28,145 bases of DNA from Beggiatoa sp. (GTDB taxonomy: Bacteria > Pseudomonadota > Gammaproteobacteria > Beggiatoales > Beggiatoaceae), in the NCBI GenBank assembly GCA_003245895.1, contig QKBZ01000242.1, forward strand, positions 1-28,145. Direction: 5' to 3'. The notes under the pieces are model-generated. The model made no database searches. It had not been told where the DNA came from and was given only the letters and a program-made list of their open reading frames with translations. Below are positions 8,021 to 16,426 of this stretch, one piece after another (positions within the stretch are counted from its first letter, which is position 1; every line of letters begins with the position of its first letter). A program made the translations under genes and the position numbers.

Positions 8021-9637
8021 GTGTCTTCGATAACTCAGGCTAAGGCTGAAGCACAAAAGCTTATTAAGCGATATAACAAGCTACAGGCTGAAGCAAAATT
8101 AGCAGATGCCGCAGAAGCTGCCCGTAAGGCAGCGGAAGCAGAAAAGCTTGTATCGCAGATCAGTGCCCTGCAATCTGCCATTACCAAATTACAAGCGAAA
8201 GATCGGCAACAACAGCCTAGCACTGTCAGTCCGCGCCCTGATGCTGCAAGCGCACGTAAAGTGCCTAGCAGTGGTGGTGCTGATGATACTGAAGCACTCA
8301 GTCCAGAAGAGTTGCGCAAAGCGGCTGAAGAAAAAGCCATCTTAGAGTCTCGGATTGCCCGCATTGAAGCGGCGCAACAACGGACACGCGCCCAGATCGA
8401 GCAGTTATCCCGTGCCAAACAAGAGTTAGCGCGTTTAAAACATGAAGCGGAGCAAAATGCCGCTAAAGAGCGTCGCGCCAACGATGAAAAATTGCAGCAA
8501 GAACTTGCCAAACTGATTGAGAAAAAAGAAGTTGAGCAAGAGCAATTGCGCAAAGAGATGGATACGATTCGCAAGCAGGCGGAAAAAGATGCTGAGTTGC
8601 TGAAAATCCAGCGCGATTCAGCACGGGCGATGATGGAAAAGCAGAAGCAAGCTGATCGTGAGAAATTGGTGAGCACTGCACGGCGACGCGGTAAATCCAC
8701 TTTGTTGTGGCTGATGATTATCTGTGTTGTTGGGGCAGGTGCTTTGGCCGGTGTTGTCTTTTTCACGCCATTGCTAGACGCTTATTTACCGTTTAAAAAA
8801 CCAGCCTCTCGAGTCGCAGAAGCGCCTGTAGATAATACGGCACCAGAGCCTGAAAGAGCAGCGGTTGAAGAAGCGCCGAAGCAAGCACCGCAAGTGGTGA
8901 AGGTTAAAGCGTTAGGCGAATACCAAGATCGTTTACGTTCTGGAGGACTTGGCCCGACGATGGTGCGTTTACCAGCAGGCACTTTTTCAATGGGCGCACG
9001 TTCCAGCCTGCCTTATCCAGAGGAACAGCCACAGCATCAAGTCAGCTTAAATAATTTCTCTATTAGTAAATATGAAGTGACTTTTGCTGATTATGATCGC
9101 TTTGCGCGTGCAACAGGGCAAAATTTACCCAGTGATAATAACTGGGGACGTAGTAACCGCCCTGTGATTAACGTCACTTGGGAAGATGCCAGTGATTATT
9201 CCAAGTGGTTATCTGATGAGACGGGCAAACAGTATCGCTTACCTACCGAGCGGGAATGGGAGTATGCGGCTAAAGCAGGCTCTGATAACTTGTATTGGTG
9301 GGGGTATGAAATTGGGCAAAATAATGCGAACTGCGGCATTTGCGGCAGCCAATGGGCGGGCAAATCCACCGCACCGGTAGGGAGTTTTGCACCAAATGCC
9401 TTTGGTTTGCATGATGTGATCGGTAATGTGCAAGAGTGGACAATTGATTGTTATCGCCCCACTTACAACGGCGCACCACCTTTTGGACGCTGGGAAGGTG
9501 GCGATTGTTCTAAACGCATGATACGCAGCAGTTCTTATCGTAGTTACCAAGGTAAAAACCGCACCACTAAACGTGATTCATTTGCACCTAAACGTAAATC
9601 CGATACGGTTGGTTTTCGGGTGATACGGGTGGATTAA
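8021..9637 (+). CDS. Membrane-anchored protein: N-terminal Ala/Glu/Lys-rich coiled-coil, one TM helix, C-terminal FGE-sulfatase (SUMF1/formylglycine-generating-enzyme-like) domain.
   Basis: TM segment LLWLMIICVVGAGALAGVVFFTPLL. C-terminal GPTMVRLPAGTFSMGA...HQVSLNNFSISKYEVTFADYDRFARATG...RPVINVTWEDASDYSKWLS...YRLPTEREWEYAAKAG...APVGSFAPNAFGLHDVIGNVQEWT is the FGE-sulfatase fold signature. Apparent GTG start. Confidence 0.75.
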   Translation: MSSITQAKAEAQKLIKRYNKLQAEAKLADAAEAARKAAEAEKLVSQISALQSAITKLQAKDRQQQPSTVSPRPDAASARKVPSSGGADDTEALSPEELRKAAEEKAILESRIARIEAAQQRTRAQIEQLSRAKQELARLKHEAEQNAAKERRANDEKLQQELAKLIEKKEVEQEQLRKEMDTIRKQAEKDAELLKIQRDSARAMMEKQKQADREKLVSTARRRGKSTLLWLMIICVVGAGALAGVVFFTPLLDAYLPFKKPASRVAEAPVDNTAPEPERAAVEEAPKQAPQVVKVKALGEYQDRLRSGGLGPTMVRLPAGTFSMGARSSLPYPEEQPQHQVSLNNFSISKYEVTFADYDRFARATGQNLPSDNNWGRSNRPVINVTWEDASDYSKWLSDETGKQYRLPTEREWEYAAKAGSDNLYWWGYEIGQNNANCGICGSQWAGKSTAPVGSFAPNAFGLHDVIGNVQEWTIDCYRPTYNGAPPFGRWEGGDCSKRMIRSSSYRSYQGKNRTTKRDSFAPKRKSDTVGFRVIRVD

Positions 9638-9650
9638 CAAGATCATATTA

Positions 9651-9852
9651 AGTAGGGTTTGCGCCGCGTCCTTTTGCGGTGCGAACGCGGAGCAGTTCTT
9701 AGGCGTTACGTGGTTGGGATGAGAACGGTTGTAGGTCGTATAAGCGTAGCGTCATACGACATATCGGCGGATGACGGTTAACGCCTAATCCTAACATCAT
9801 GCAGACTTCTCCGCGTTCGCACCGCAAAAAGACGCGGTGCAAACCCTACAAC
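9651..9852. repeat. MITE-like composite palindromic element: about 42-bp terminal inverted repeats (PU-C) flanking a PU-B and a degenerate PU-A.
   Basis: gtagggtttgcgccgcgtccttttgcggtgcgaacgcggag ... (gttgtaggtcgtataagcgtagcgtcatacgac)(atatcggcggatgacggttaacgcct) ... ctccgcgttcgcaccgcaaaaagacgcggtgcaaaccctac. The PU-C arm recurs at 22516-22557. Confidence 0.8.
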
Positions 9853-9859
9853 GACCTTT

Positions 9860-11026
9860 TTAAGGCAATTCTGCCGGATTGAACAAACGCTCATATTCAA
9901 CAATCGCATAGCGATCTGTCATACCTGCGATGTAGTCAGCAACTGCACGGGCGCGACCATTATCACTGCCAAGCTGTCCTTGCAAGCGTTGCACTTCCAT
10001 TTGGGCTTCTAAAGGCAATAAATACGGGTCGTTGCAAAAGGCTTCAAACAGACGTTGGATCACATTGCGGGCTTTGTAAGCCATGCGGCGCACGCGGTAG
10101 TGCTGATACATTTGCTGGCGCAAAAAGCGTTTTAAATCCAAATGCTTTTCATACATCATGGCACTTAAATTTACTAACGCTTCATCTTCATTGCGCACGG
10201 ATTCGGTGTTAGTCGGTTGCAAAGCTTCTAAGGTGGCGGTGCTGGTTTCGATCAAATTGCTGACTTGATCGCCAATGATGCGGCGTATGGTTTCATGAAT
10301 CACGCGCCGTTGTGACAGGCTAGGCCATTGCTTTAATACCGCAGTGTAATGGTCATCGAACAAACTATATTCACGCAATTGCCGAATGCTGATTAAACGC
10401 GCCCGCAAGCCGTCGTCTAAATCGTGGCTGTTATAGGCAATCGCGTCGCAGATATTCACCACTTGCGCTTCCAAACTGGGCGGCATGATCAAGCCTTCAT
10501 TAAGAAAACGCGCCGCGACAGGGCCTAGCTGTTTCGCCAGTTTGGAATTACAGCGTTTTAAAATGCCTTCGCGGGTTTCAAACATTAAGTTTAAGCCACG
10601 AAACTGTGGATAGCGTTCTTCTAGCTCATCCACAATACGCAAAGCTTGCCAATTATGCTCAAAGCCACCGAAATTACGCATGCTATGCGCTAAGGCATCT
10701 TGTCCGGCATGACCGAACGGGGTATGGCCTAAATCATGGCTTAAGGCGATGGCTTCTGTTAAATCTTCATTTAAGCGCAGGTTACGCGCCACCGTGCGGC
10801 TGATTTGCGCCACTTCTAAGGAATGCGTTAAACGGGTGCGGAATAAATCGCCCTCGTGATTAACAAACACTTGGGTTTTATATTCCAAGCGGCGAAACGC
10901 GGCAGAATGAATAATGCGATCTCGGTCGCGCTGATATTCCGTCCGATAGCTATTCGGTGCTGCTTCGCTGTTTAAACGACCACGCGACAACGCCTCATTT
11001 GCTGCATACACCGCCAATTCACCCAT
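9860..11026 (-). CDS. dgt: dGTP triphosphohydrolase-like HD-domain protein.
   Basis: HSLEVAQISRTVARNL...LSHDLGHTPFGHAGQD (HD motif). N-terminal RDRDRIIHSAAFRRLEYKTQVF is typical of the Dgt family. The start ATG overlaps the aroB stop (TAATG). Confidence 0.8.
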   Translation of the reverse strand: MGELAVYAANEALSRGRLNSEAAPNSYRTEYQRDRDRIIHSAAFRRLEYKTQVFVNHEGDLFRTRLTHSLEVAQISRTVARNLRLNEDLTEAIALSHDLGHTPFGHAGQDALAHSMRNFGGFEHNWQALRIVDELEERYPQFRGLNLMFETREGILKRCNSKLAKQLGPVAARFLNEGLIMPPSLEAQVVNICDAIAYNSHDLDDGLRARLISIRQLREYSLFDDHYTAVLKQWPSLSQRRVIHETIRRIIGDQVSNLIETSTATLEALQPTNTESVRNEDEALVNLSAMMYEKHLDLKRFLRQQMYQHYRVRRMAYKARNVIQRLFEAFCNDPYLLPLEAQMEVQRLQGQLGSDNGRARAVADYIAGMTDRYAIVEYERLFNPAELP

Positions 11027-12114
11027 TAAGCTGCCTCCGTGTAGCCTGTATTCAAGGTGTCTTGTAATAAAGCAGAATCGTAATCGCTGGTTAATACAGA
11101 TTGTCCGAATTTCTGCATTAACACTAAGCGGATTTGACCATCCATGACTTTTTTATCCACCTTCATTAAATTTTGCATTTGTTCGCAACTGATGTCGGCT
11201 GGAATCGTGGTTGGCAAATGCATGCGCACTAACAACCGGCGCACGCGCTGCACTTCTGCCGCACTGATCCAACCATGTTTTGCCGACATTTCCGCTGCTA
11301 AACACATGCCAATTGCCACCGCTTCGCCGTGCAAACATTCGCCATAACCTAAGCCGGTTTCAATGGCATGACCAAAGGTGTGGCCTAAATTCAACAACGC
11401 CCGCACGCCGGATTCCTGTTCATCAGCGGCGACTACATCGGCTTTATTTTGGCAACAGTGGGCGACGGCTTCGATTAAAGCAGACGGATCGCGTTGATAT
11501 AACGCTTCGGCCTTGTCTTCTAACCATTCAAAAAACGGTAAATCATTGATTAAGCCATATTTCACCACCTCAGCCAGACCTGCACTCAGTTGCCGATCTT
11601 CTAAGGTTTTTAAGGTGTCAATGTCGATTAATACGCATTGTGGCTGGTAAAACGCGCCAATCATGTTTTTGCCCAGCGCGTGATTGACACCCGTTTTGCC
11701 ACCGACTGAGGAGTCTACTTGTGATAGCAAAGTGGTCGGGATTTGAATAAACGGCACGCCACGTTGATAGCAAGCTGCAGCGAAGCCTGTCATATCGCCA
11801 ATCACGCCACCGCCTAAGGCGACTAAAGTCACCCGACGGTCACAACGCTTGGCTAATAACTGGTCAAAAATCTGGTTTAACACGTCCAAAGTTTTATATT
11901 GCTCGCCGTCAGGCAAAATCACTTCAGTAATGTCAAAGCCGCTGAATAAAGCGCGGGTTTGCGCTAAATACAAGGGCGCAATGGTTTCGTTAGTAACAAT
12001 GCACACTTGCTTGGCGCGTACATGAGGCCGCACCAATTCTGGGTTTGCTAACAAACCTTGACCAATAAAAATAGGGTAACTGCGTTCCCCCAAGGCAACT
12101 GTAAGAGTTTTCAT
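11026..12114 (-). CDS. aroB: 3-dehydroquinate synthase.
   Basis: [45 protein letters not shown] and [11 protein letters not shown] motifs. The start ATG overlaps the aroK stop (ATGA). Confidence 0.92.
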   Translation of the reverse strand: MKTLTVALGERSYPIFIGQGLLANPELVRPHVRAKQVCIVTNETIAPLYLAQTRALFSGFDITEVILPDGEQYKTLDVLNQIFDQLLAKRCDRRVTLVALGGGVIGDMTGFAAACYQRGVPFIQIPTTLLSQVDSSVGGKTGVNHALGKNMIGAFYQPQCVLIDIDTLKTLEDRQLSAGLAEVVKYGLINDLPFFEWLEDKAEALYQRDPSALIEAVAHCCQNKADVVAADEQESGVRALLNLGHTFGHAIETGLGYGECLHGEAVAIGMCLAAEMSAKHGWISAAEVQRVRRLLVRMHLPTTIPADISCEQMQNLMKVDKKVMDGQIRLVLMQKFGQSVLTSDYDSALLQDTLNTGYTEAA

Positions 12115-12710
12115 GCGTTCTTTTCTAACTGAGTAAGTTGCTTACAAATACTTTTAATGACTTGGCGCACTGTCCGATTGCCGGTTTCCACAATGCAGTC
12201 AGACACTTCTTTATACAAGTGATGTCGCTCCGTCATGATTTGTTCTAAACGGGCGCGCGGATTTTCCGTCTGTAATAGCGGACGGTTACGACAAGGGGCG
12301 GTACGTTCCAGCAACACGTCAACGGTGGCATGTAAATACACCACATGCCCATGTGCTTTTAACTGCTCGCGGTTTTCTTCAAAAATCACCACACCGCCAC
12401 CCGTGGCTAACACGAGTTGTGACTCGGTGGCTAATTCTGCAATCATGTTTTTTTCGCGTTTGCGAAAACCTGCCTCGCCTTCTAATTCAAAAATTAATGG
12501 AATATCGGCGCCGGTACGCGCTTCAATTTCCTTATCACTGTCTTTAAATGTCCATCGCAACAATTGGGCAAGCTGCTTGCCAATCGTTGACTTACCAACG
12601 CCCATTGGACCCACTAGAAAGACATTTCGAGTTAAGTTAGGCGTGGCAGTAAAGTAATGCTCTACCACTGTGATACCCTTAATTTGCTTGTTATGTTGGG
12701 GTTCAGTCAT
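12111..12710 (-). CDS. aroK: Shikimate kinase.
   Basis: Walker [21 protein letters not shown] and DSD. The ORF-track start (12737) is probably too far upstream. A nearer Met (MTEPQ, 12710) or an internal GTG is more likely, so the start is uncertain. Confidence 0.85.
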   Translation of the reverse strand: MTEPQHNKQIKGITVVEHYFTATPNLTRNVFLVGPMGVGKSTIGKQLAQLLRWTFKDSDKEIEARTGADIPLIFELEGEAGFRKREKNMIAELATESQLVLATGGGVVIFEENREQLKAHGHVVYLHATVDVLLERTAPCRNRPLLQTENPRARLEQIMTERHHLYKEVSDCIVETGNRTVRQVIKSICKQLTQLEKNA

Positions 12711-12825
12711 ACTACTGCACAGCTTGAGTGCTTGCACACTTTTCGTCTCAACAGCAGCACTTTAATTTTGACTATTATATGTCAGATAATATTGGAATCC
12801 TGCATGATAATGGTTTGTAGACAAT

Positions 12826-13017
12826 GTTGTAGGTCGGATAAGGGTTAGCCGTCATCTGACATCATGCGGTTGAAACTTGAACCCAGCCATTAAATTAAGG
12901 CTTTGCATAGTCTTGTAGGGCGGATAAGGCGACAGCCGTCATCCGCCGCAAGTGGCTTGGTTTAAGCTTCAACTGTGTTATGTCGGATGACGGCTCGCGC
13001 CTTATCCGACCTACAAA
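12826..13017. repeat. BIME-like cluster: PU-A (12827-12861), M-like motif, PU-A (12913-12948), conserved linker, inverted PU-A (12982-13016).
   Basis: The linker gcaagtggcttggtttaagcttcaactgtgttatg sits between inverted PU-A copies. It is nearly identical to the linker at 24341-24375. Confidence 0.8.
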
Positions 13018-13096
13018 ACGCATCCTACAAACTTATGCCTCATCAGCCTGACATTGCCAGCACATAACTGACACACTGAGCTAAACAATAGCGATT

Positions 13097-13825
13097 ATGA
13101 GCGCCTCTTTGCAAGTGAATCCCCGTTCAACCCTAATTGATGCTGTGCGTGGCTTTGCCGTTGTCATGATGATAGCTTACCATTTTTGTTATGATTTAAA
13201 CTGGTTAGGTTGGATAAGCTTAGCACTGAATCAACAGCCTTTCTGGCAAGCATGGCGCGGCTTGATTGTGACGCTGTTTGTCGGCACTGTGGGGTTTAGT
13301 TTTGCATTGGCTACACAACACGGCTTGCAATTTTCGGCATGGTTGCGCCGTTTAATATGGTTAATCGCAGCGGCAGTATTGATAAGCGGCATTAGTTATG
13401 CTTTATTTCACCACCGCTTTATTTTTTTTGGTATTTTACACTTTATTGCCTTAGCCAGCGTGTTACTCCCCTTGTTCACACGTGCTTATTGGCTCGCGTT
13501 ACCAGTGGGGTTAAGTCTTCTTGTCTTAGGATACTGGCAACACCCTTTTTTTGATCAAAAATTATGGCAATGGGTAGGGCTGATGACACATCGCCCTGCT
13601 ACAGAAGACTATGTGCCTGCGGTGCCGTGGCTAGGTGTTGTATTGCTGGGCTTCTTTTTAGGCTGTTTATTACGGCAATCTGAGCTTATTTTTCAGCCGA
13701 TCAACAACCGTTTCGTGATGAGCTTGGCTAGGCTAGGCCGTTACAGCTTTAGCATTTATTTGCTGCATCAGCCCATATTATTAGGTGCTTTATTTTTGCT
13801 GACAAAACTGTATCATTTAGGTTAA
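13097..13825 (+). CDS. Polytopic membrane protein, DUF1624/heparan-alpha-glucosaminide N-acetyltransferase-like (acyltransferase-3-like).
   Basis: N-terminal RGFAVVMMIAYHFCYDL motif followed by about 6 hydrophobic helices. There is no clear enzymatic motif beyond the family signature. Confidence 0.5.
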   Translation: MSASLQVNPRSTLIDAVRGFAVVMMIAYHFCYDLNWLGWISLALNQQPFWQAWRGLIVTLFVGTVGFSFALATQHGLQFSAWLRRLIWLIAAAVLISGISYALFHHRFIFFGILHFIALASVLLPLFTRAYWLALPVGLSLLVLGYWQHPFFDQKLWQWVGLMTHRPATEDYVPAVPWLGVVLLGFFLGCLLRQSELIFQPINNRFVMSLARLGRYSFSIYLLHQPILLGALFLLTKLYHLG

Positions 13826-13934
13826 TTCATCAGATACGGTTAATATTAGTTTTAATTTTCAAACTGTAAAAAAGTCGTGAAACGGCAATAAATATCACAA
13901 TTTATGGATAAATTTAACCCGTTACGGAGTTGGT

Positions 13935-14339
13935 ATGGATATTAATGAAATTTGTGGTGATGTTATCAAAAACGTCCCATCTGCCCTAGGTTGCGCCGTG
14001 GTTGATTTGGAAAGTGGTTTGTTATTAGGCGTAAACCACAGGGTTGCCTATTTTACACAATCTTATTTAGATACTGTGGCAGCGGCGGCGGTTGATATGT
14101 TTCGCGGTCGGACAATTAATGCAGTAGAACAAATGCTGTCCAATATTCGCGGCACTGAATACCAGCAGTTGATTAAAGAAGTACAAATGACCACAGAGCA
14201 TACTTATCACTTTATGGCTATCGTGCCAGAAAAGCCATCTGCTTTATTGGTGTTAATTACCGATAAAAAAGTGAACTTAGGCATGGGCTGGGCAGCAATG
14301 CGACGCGCTCTCCCTGAAATTGCACCGTTATGTCCTTAA
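13935..14339 (+). CDS. Roadblock/LC7 (MglB-like) domain protein, paralog 1.
   Basis: 134 aa. PSALGCAVVDLESGLLLGV ~ roadblock 'pGvrgallvdrdGlvla'. VAAAAVDMF ~ 'laAlaaal'. TYHFMAIVPEKPSALLVLITDKKVNLGMGWAAMRRAL ~ 'lllvpagd.alLvvladpdanlglvrlelrra'. RBS ggag precedes the ATG. Confidence 0.6.
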   Translation: MDINEICGDVIKNVPSALGCAVVDLESGLLLGVNHRVAYFTQSYLDTVAAAAVDMFRGRTINAVEQMLSNIRGTEYQQLIKEVQMTTEHTYHFMAIVPEKPSALLVLITDKKVNLGMGWAAMRRALPEIAPLCP

Positions 14340-14473
14340 ATTTAAAGCGTGTAAACAGATTTAAATAAGGATTTTTTTTCTGTTCAATACCCCCACATTG
14401 GCAACAACTGCGATGCCTAAGACTTCAGCAGGGGGATATTGTTAACTCATCTTCGATTAGCCTTGGAGGAATT

Positions 14474-14878
14474 ATGGATATTAATGCTATTTGCGGACAA
14501 ATCGTCCAAGAAGTGGACTCTGCTTTAGGGTGTGCAGTTGTTGATTTAAACAGCGGTTTATTGTTAGGTGTTTCTCATAATGTACCTTACTTCACGCAAT
14601 CTTATTTAGATGCAGTGGCAGCCGCAGCGGTTGATATGTTCCGTGGTCGTACCGTGACCGCAGTAGAAGATATGATTGCGAACATGCGTGGCAATGCGAG
14701 TAAGCATTACATCAAAGAAGTGCAAATGACCACTGACAACACTTATCACTTCATGATGGTTATTCCTGACAAACCTGATGCATTAGTGGTGTTAATTACC
14801 AGCCGTAAAGCAAACTTAGGGATGGGCTGGGCTTCATTGCGTCGCTCTGTTTCTAAACTTGCTCCGCTGTGCCCATAA
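14474..14878 (+). CDS. Roadblock/LC7 (MglB-like) domain protein, paralog 2 (tandem duplicate of 13935..14339).
   Basis: Same length (134 aa) and about 70% identical to paralog 1 (MDIN.ICG..., ALGCAVVDL.SGLLLGV, YFTQSYLD.VAAAAVDMFRGRT, EVQMTT..TYHFM...LGMGW, ...APLCP*). Strong RBS ggagg. Confidence 0.6.
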   Translation: MDINAICGQIVQEVDSALGCAVVDLNSGLLLGVSHNVPYFTQSYLDAVAAAAVDMFRGRTVTAVEDMIANMRGNASKHYIKEVQMTTDNTYHFMMVIPDKPDALVVLITSRKANLGMGWASLRRSVSKLAPLCP

Positions 14879-15018
14879 AAAAAAATACTGCTTGAGTTGC
14901 ACGACAGCCGCCTGCTGCGTGCTACTCAAACAGCGATGTTGATACATTAATCTGCTCCCCCCCTCTATTTGTTTTCATGCCTGACAGTTACTACTGTCAG
15001 GTCATTGCTGGAATACAC

Positions 15019-15951
15019 ATGTGGTTTAAAAACATTCACTTGTTTCGTTTTCTCAAACCTTTCACCTTGTCGGTTGATGAATTAGATAAACAGTTGCAAA
15101 CCGTGCGCTTTCACCCCTGTGGTCGTTTAGACATGCAGACCATGGGCTGGATTTCGCCGTTAGGTCGTGGCGAAGACGTTTTAACCTTCACCAATAACAA
15201 TTGCATTTTATTCACTGCCCGTCGTCAAGAACGTATTTTGCCTGCTTCCGTGGTGCGTGAAACTTTGGCGGAAAGAATTGAAGAAATCGAAATCCGTGAA
15301 AATCGGCGCGTGCGAGGCAAAGAGAAAAAAGCCTTACAAGAAGAAGTGTTACAAGATTTAATCCCTCGCGCCTTTACCCGTTCTTCTGACATTAATGCTT
15401 ATATTGATGTCACTAATGGTTGGTTGATTGTAGACACCAGCAGTCGCAAGCGGGCGCAAGAAATCACCAGCTTACTACGCAAAACCTTAGGTTCTTTGCC
15501 CGTTGTCAGTCCACAATTGCAGCAAACGCCTGCTGTTGTGTTAACCGAATGGTTAGCGGATCAGCAATATCCTGCCGATTTTGCCTTGGCAGATGCCTGC
15601 CATTTAGTCGATAACGGTGAAGAAGGCGCGACAGTAAGCTGTAAACATCAAGATTTAACTGCTGAAGAAGTACACGCGCATTTAGACGCAGGCAAATTGG
15701 TTAGCCGCTTGGCCTTAGAATGGAATAACCGTTTATCGTTTGTGGTTGATGAAGAGTTTGTTATCAAACGGTTACAAATGATGGGTGCAGATGATGAGGA
15801 CAGCGACACAGTGGTTGATGGCAATGATGCTGCTCAACAATTAGATGCCGATTTTGCTTTATTGAATTTAGAGTTAGCCGCGTTATTACAGCGTTTAATT
15901 GAAGTATTTGGCGGCGAAAACGAAGCGGTTTACCAACAAATGCAAGTTTAA
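15019..15951 (+). CDS. rdgC: Recombination-associated protein RdgC.
   Basis: MWFKNIHLFRF...FHPCGRLDMQTMGWISPLG...ILPASVVRETL...LIPRAFTRSS...KTLGSLPVV...DFALLNLELAALLQRLIE is co-linear with E. coli RdgC. The likely start is ATG 15019, not the ORF-track 14977. Confidence 0.9.
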   Translation: MWFKNIHLFRFLKPFTLSVDELDKQLQTVRFHPCGRLDMQTMGWISPLGRGEDVLTFTNNNCILFTARRQERILPASVVRETLAERIEEIEIRENRRVRGKEKKALQEEVLQDLIPRAFTRSSDINAYIDVTNGWLIVDTSSRKRAQEITSLLRKTLGSLPVVSPQLQQTPAVVLTEWLADQQYPADFALADACHLVDNGEEGATVSCKHQDLTAEEVHAHLDAGKLVSRLALEWNNRLSFVVDEEFVIKRLQMMGADDEDSDTVVDGNDAAQQLDADFALLNLELAALLQRLIEVFGGENEAVYQQMQV

Positions 15952-15964
15952 TTGCTGACCGCCA

Positions 15965-16426
15965 ATGCGCATCCATATTTTATGTTTTGGTAATGCCTTA
16001 CATGGAGATGATGGCTTTGGCGAAGCCGTTTACCAACAATTACAAGCGCAGGTTTTACCTGATAACGTCGCGCTGTTTAATGTCGGTACGCGCAGCATTC
16101 AAGCGTTAAACCTATTTGAACACTGCGACGTTGCGATTTTAATTGACGCTGAAGCCAACCAAGGCCGAGCCGGATATGTGCGCGTGCTCGCTGATCCTGA
16201 GCCACCTATGTTGGCCAGCGCAAACACACCTCATGAAGCAGGCTTAGCATGGCTATTGCAAGCGATGCACGTCACTATTCCACAGCCCCCCCGCGTGTTC
16301 TTGCTTACAGCACAAATACAGCACATAAATGCTTTTCAGCCTCGGTTATCGCCAGCAGTGATGGCAGCGGTACCGGTGGCAGTGCAGCGGGTTTTGGGGA
16401 TGGTGGAGGGTTTTGAGGTGGTGTAG
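15965..16426 (+). CDS. Hydrogenase maturation endopeptidase (HyaD/HybD/HoxM, peptidase A31 family).
   Basis: MRIHILCFGNALHGDDGFG (cf. HybD MRILVLGVGNILLTDEAIG), DVAILIDAE, HEAGLAWLL, P.RVFLLTAQIQ. Two conserved Asp residues are in place. Confidence 0.7.
   Translation: MRIHILCFGNALHGDDGFGEAVYQQLQAQVLPDNVALFNVGTRSIQALNLFEHCDVAILIDAEANQGRAGYVRVLADPEPPMLASANTPHEAGLAWLLQAMHVTIPQPPRVFLLTAQIQHINAFQPRLSPAVMAAVPVAVQRVLGMVEGFEVV

Noticed and set aside
8035-8766. 243-aa minus-strand ORF antisense to the coiled-coil part of the FGE-domain gene.
   Set aside because: Low-complexity Ala/Ser/Cys-rich translation, typical of the antisense of an Ala/Glu/Lys-rich coiled-coil. The plus-strand gene has clear domain signatures.
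10606-12657. Plus-strand ORFs of 64-140 aa inside dgt, aroB and aroK.
   Set aside because: They are antisense to well-supported housekeeping genes and have no motifs.
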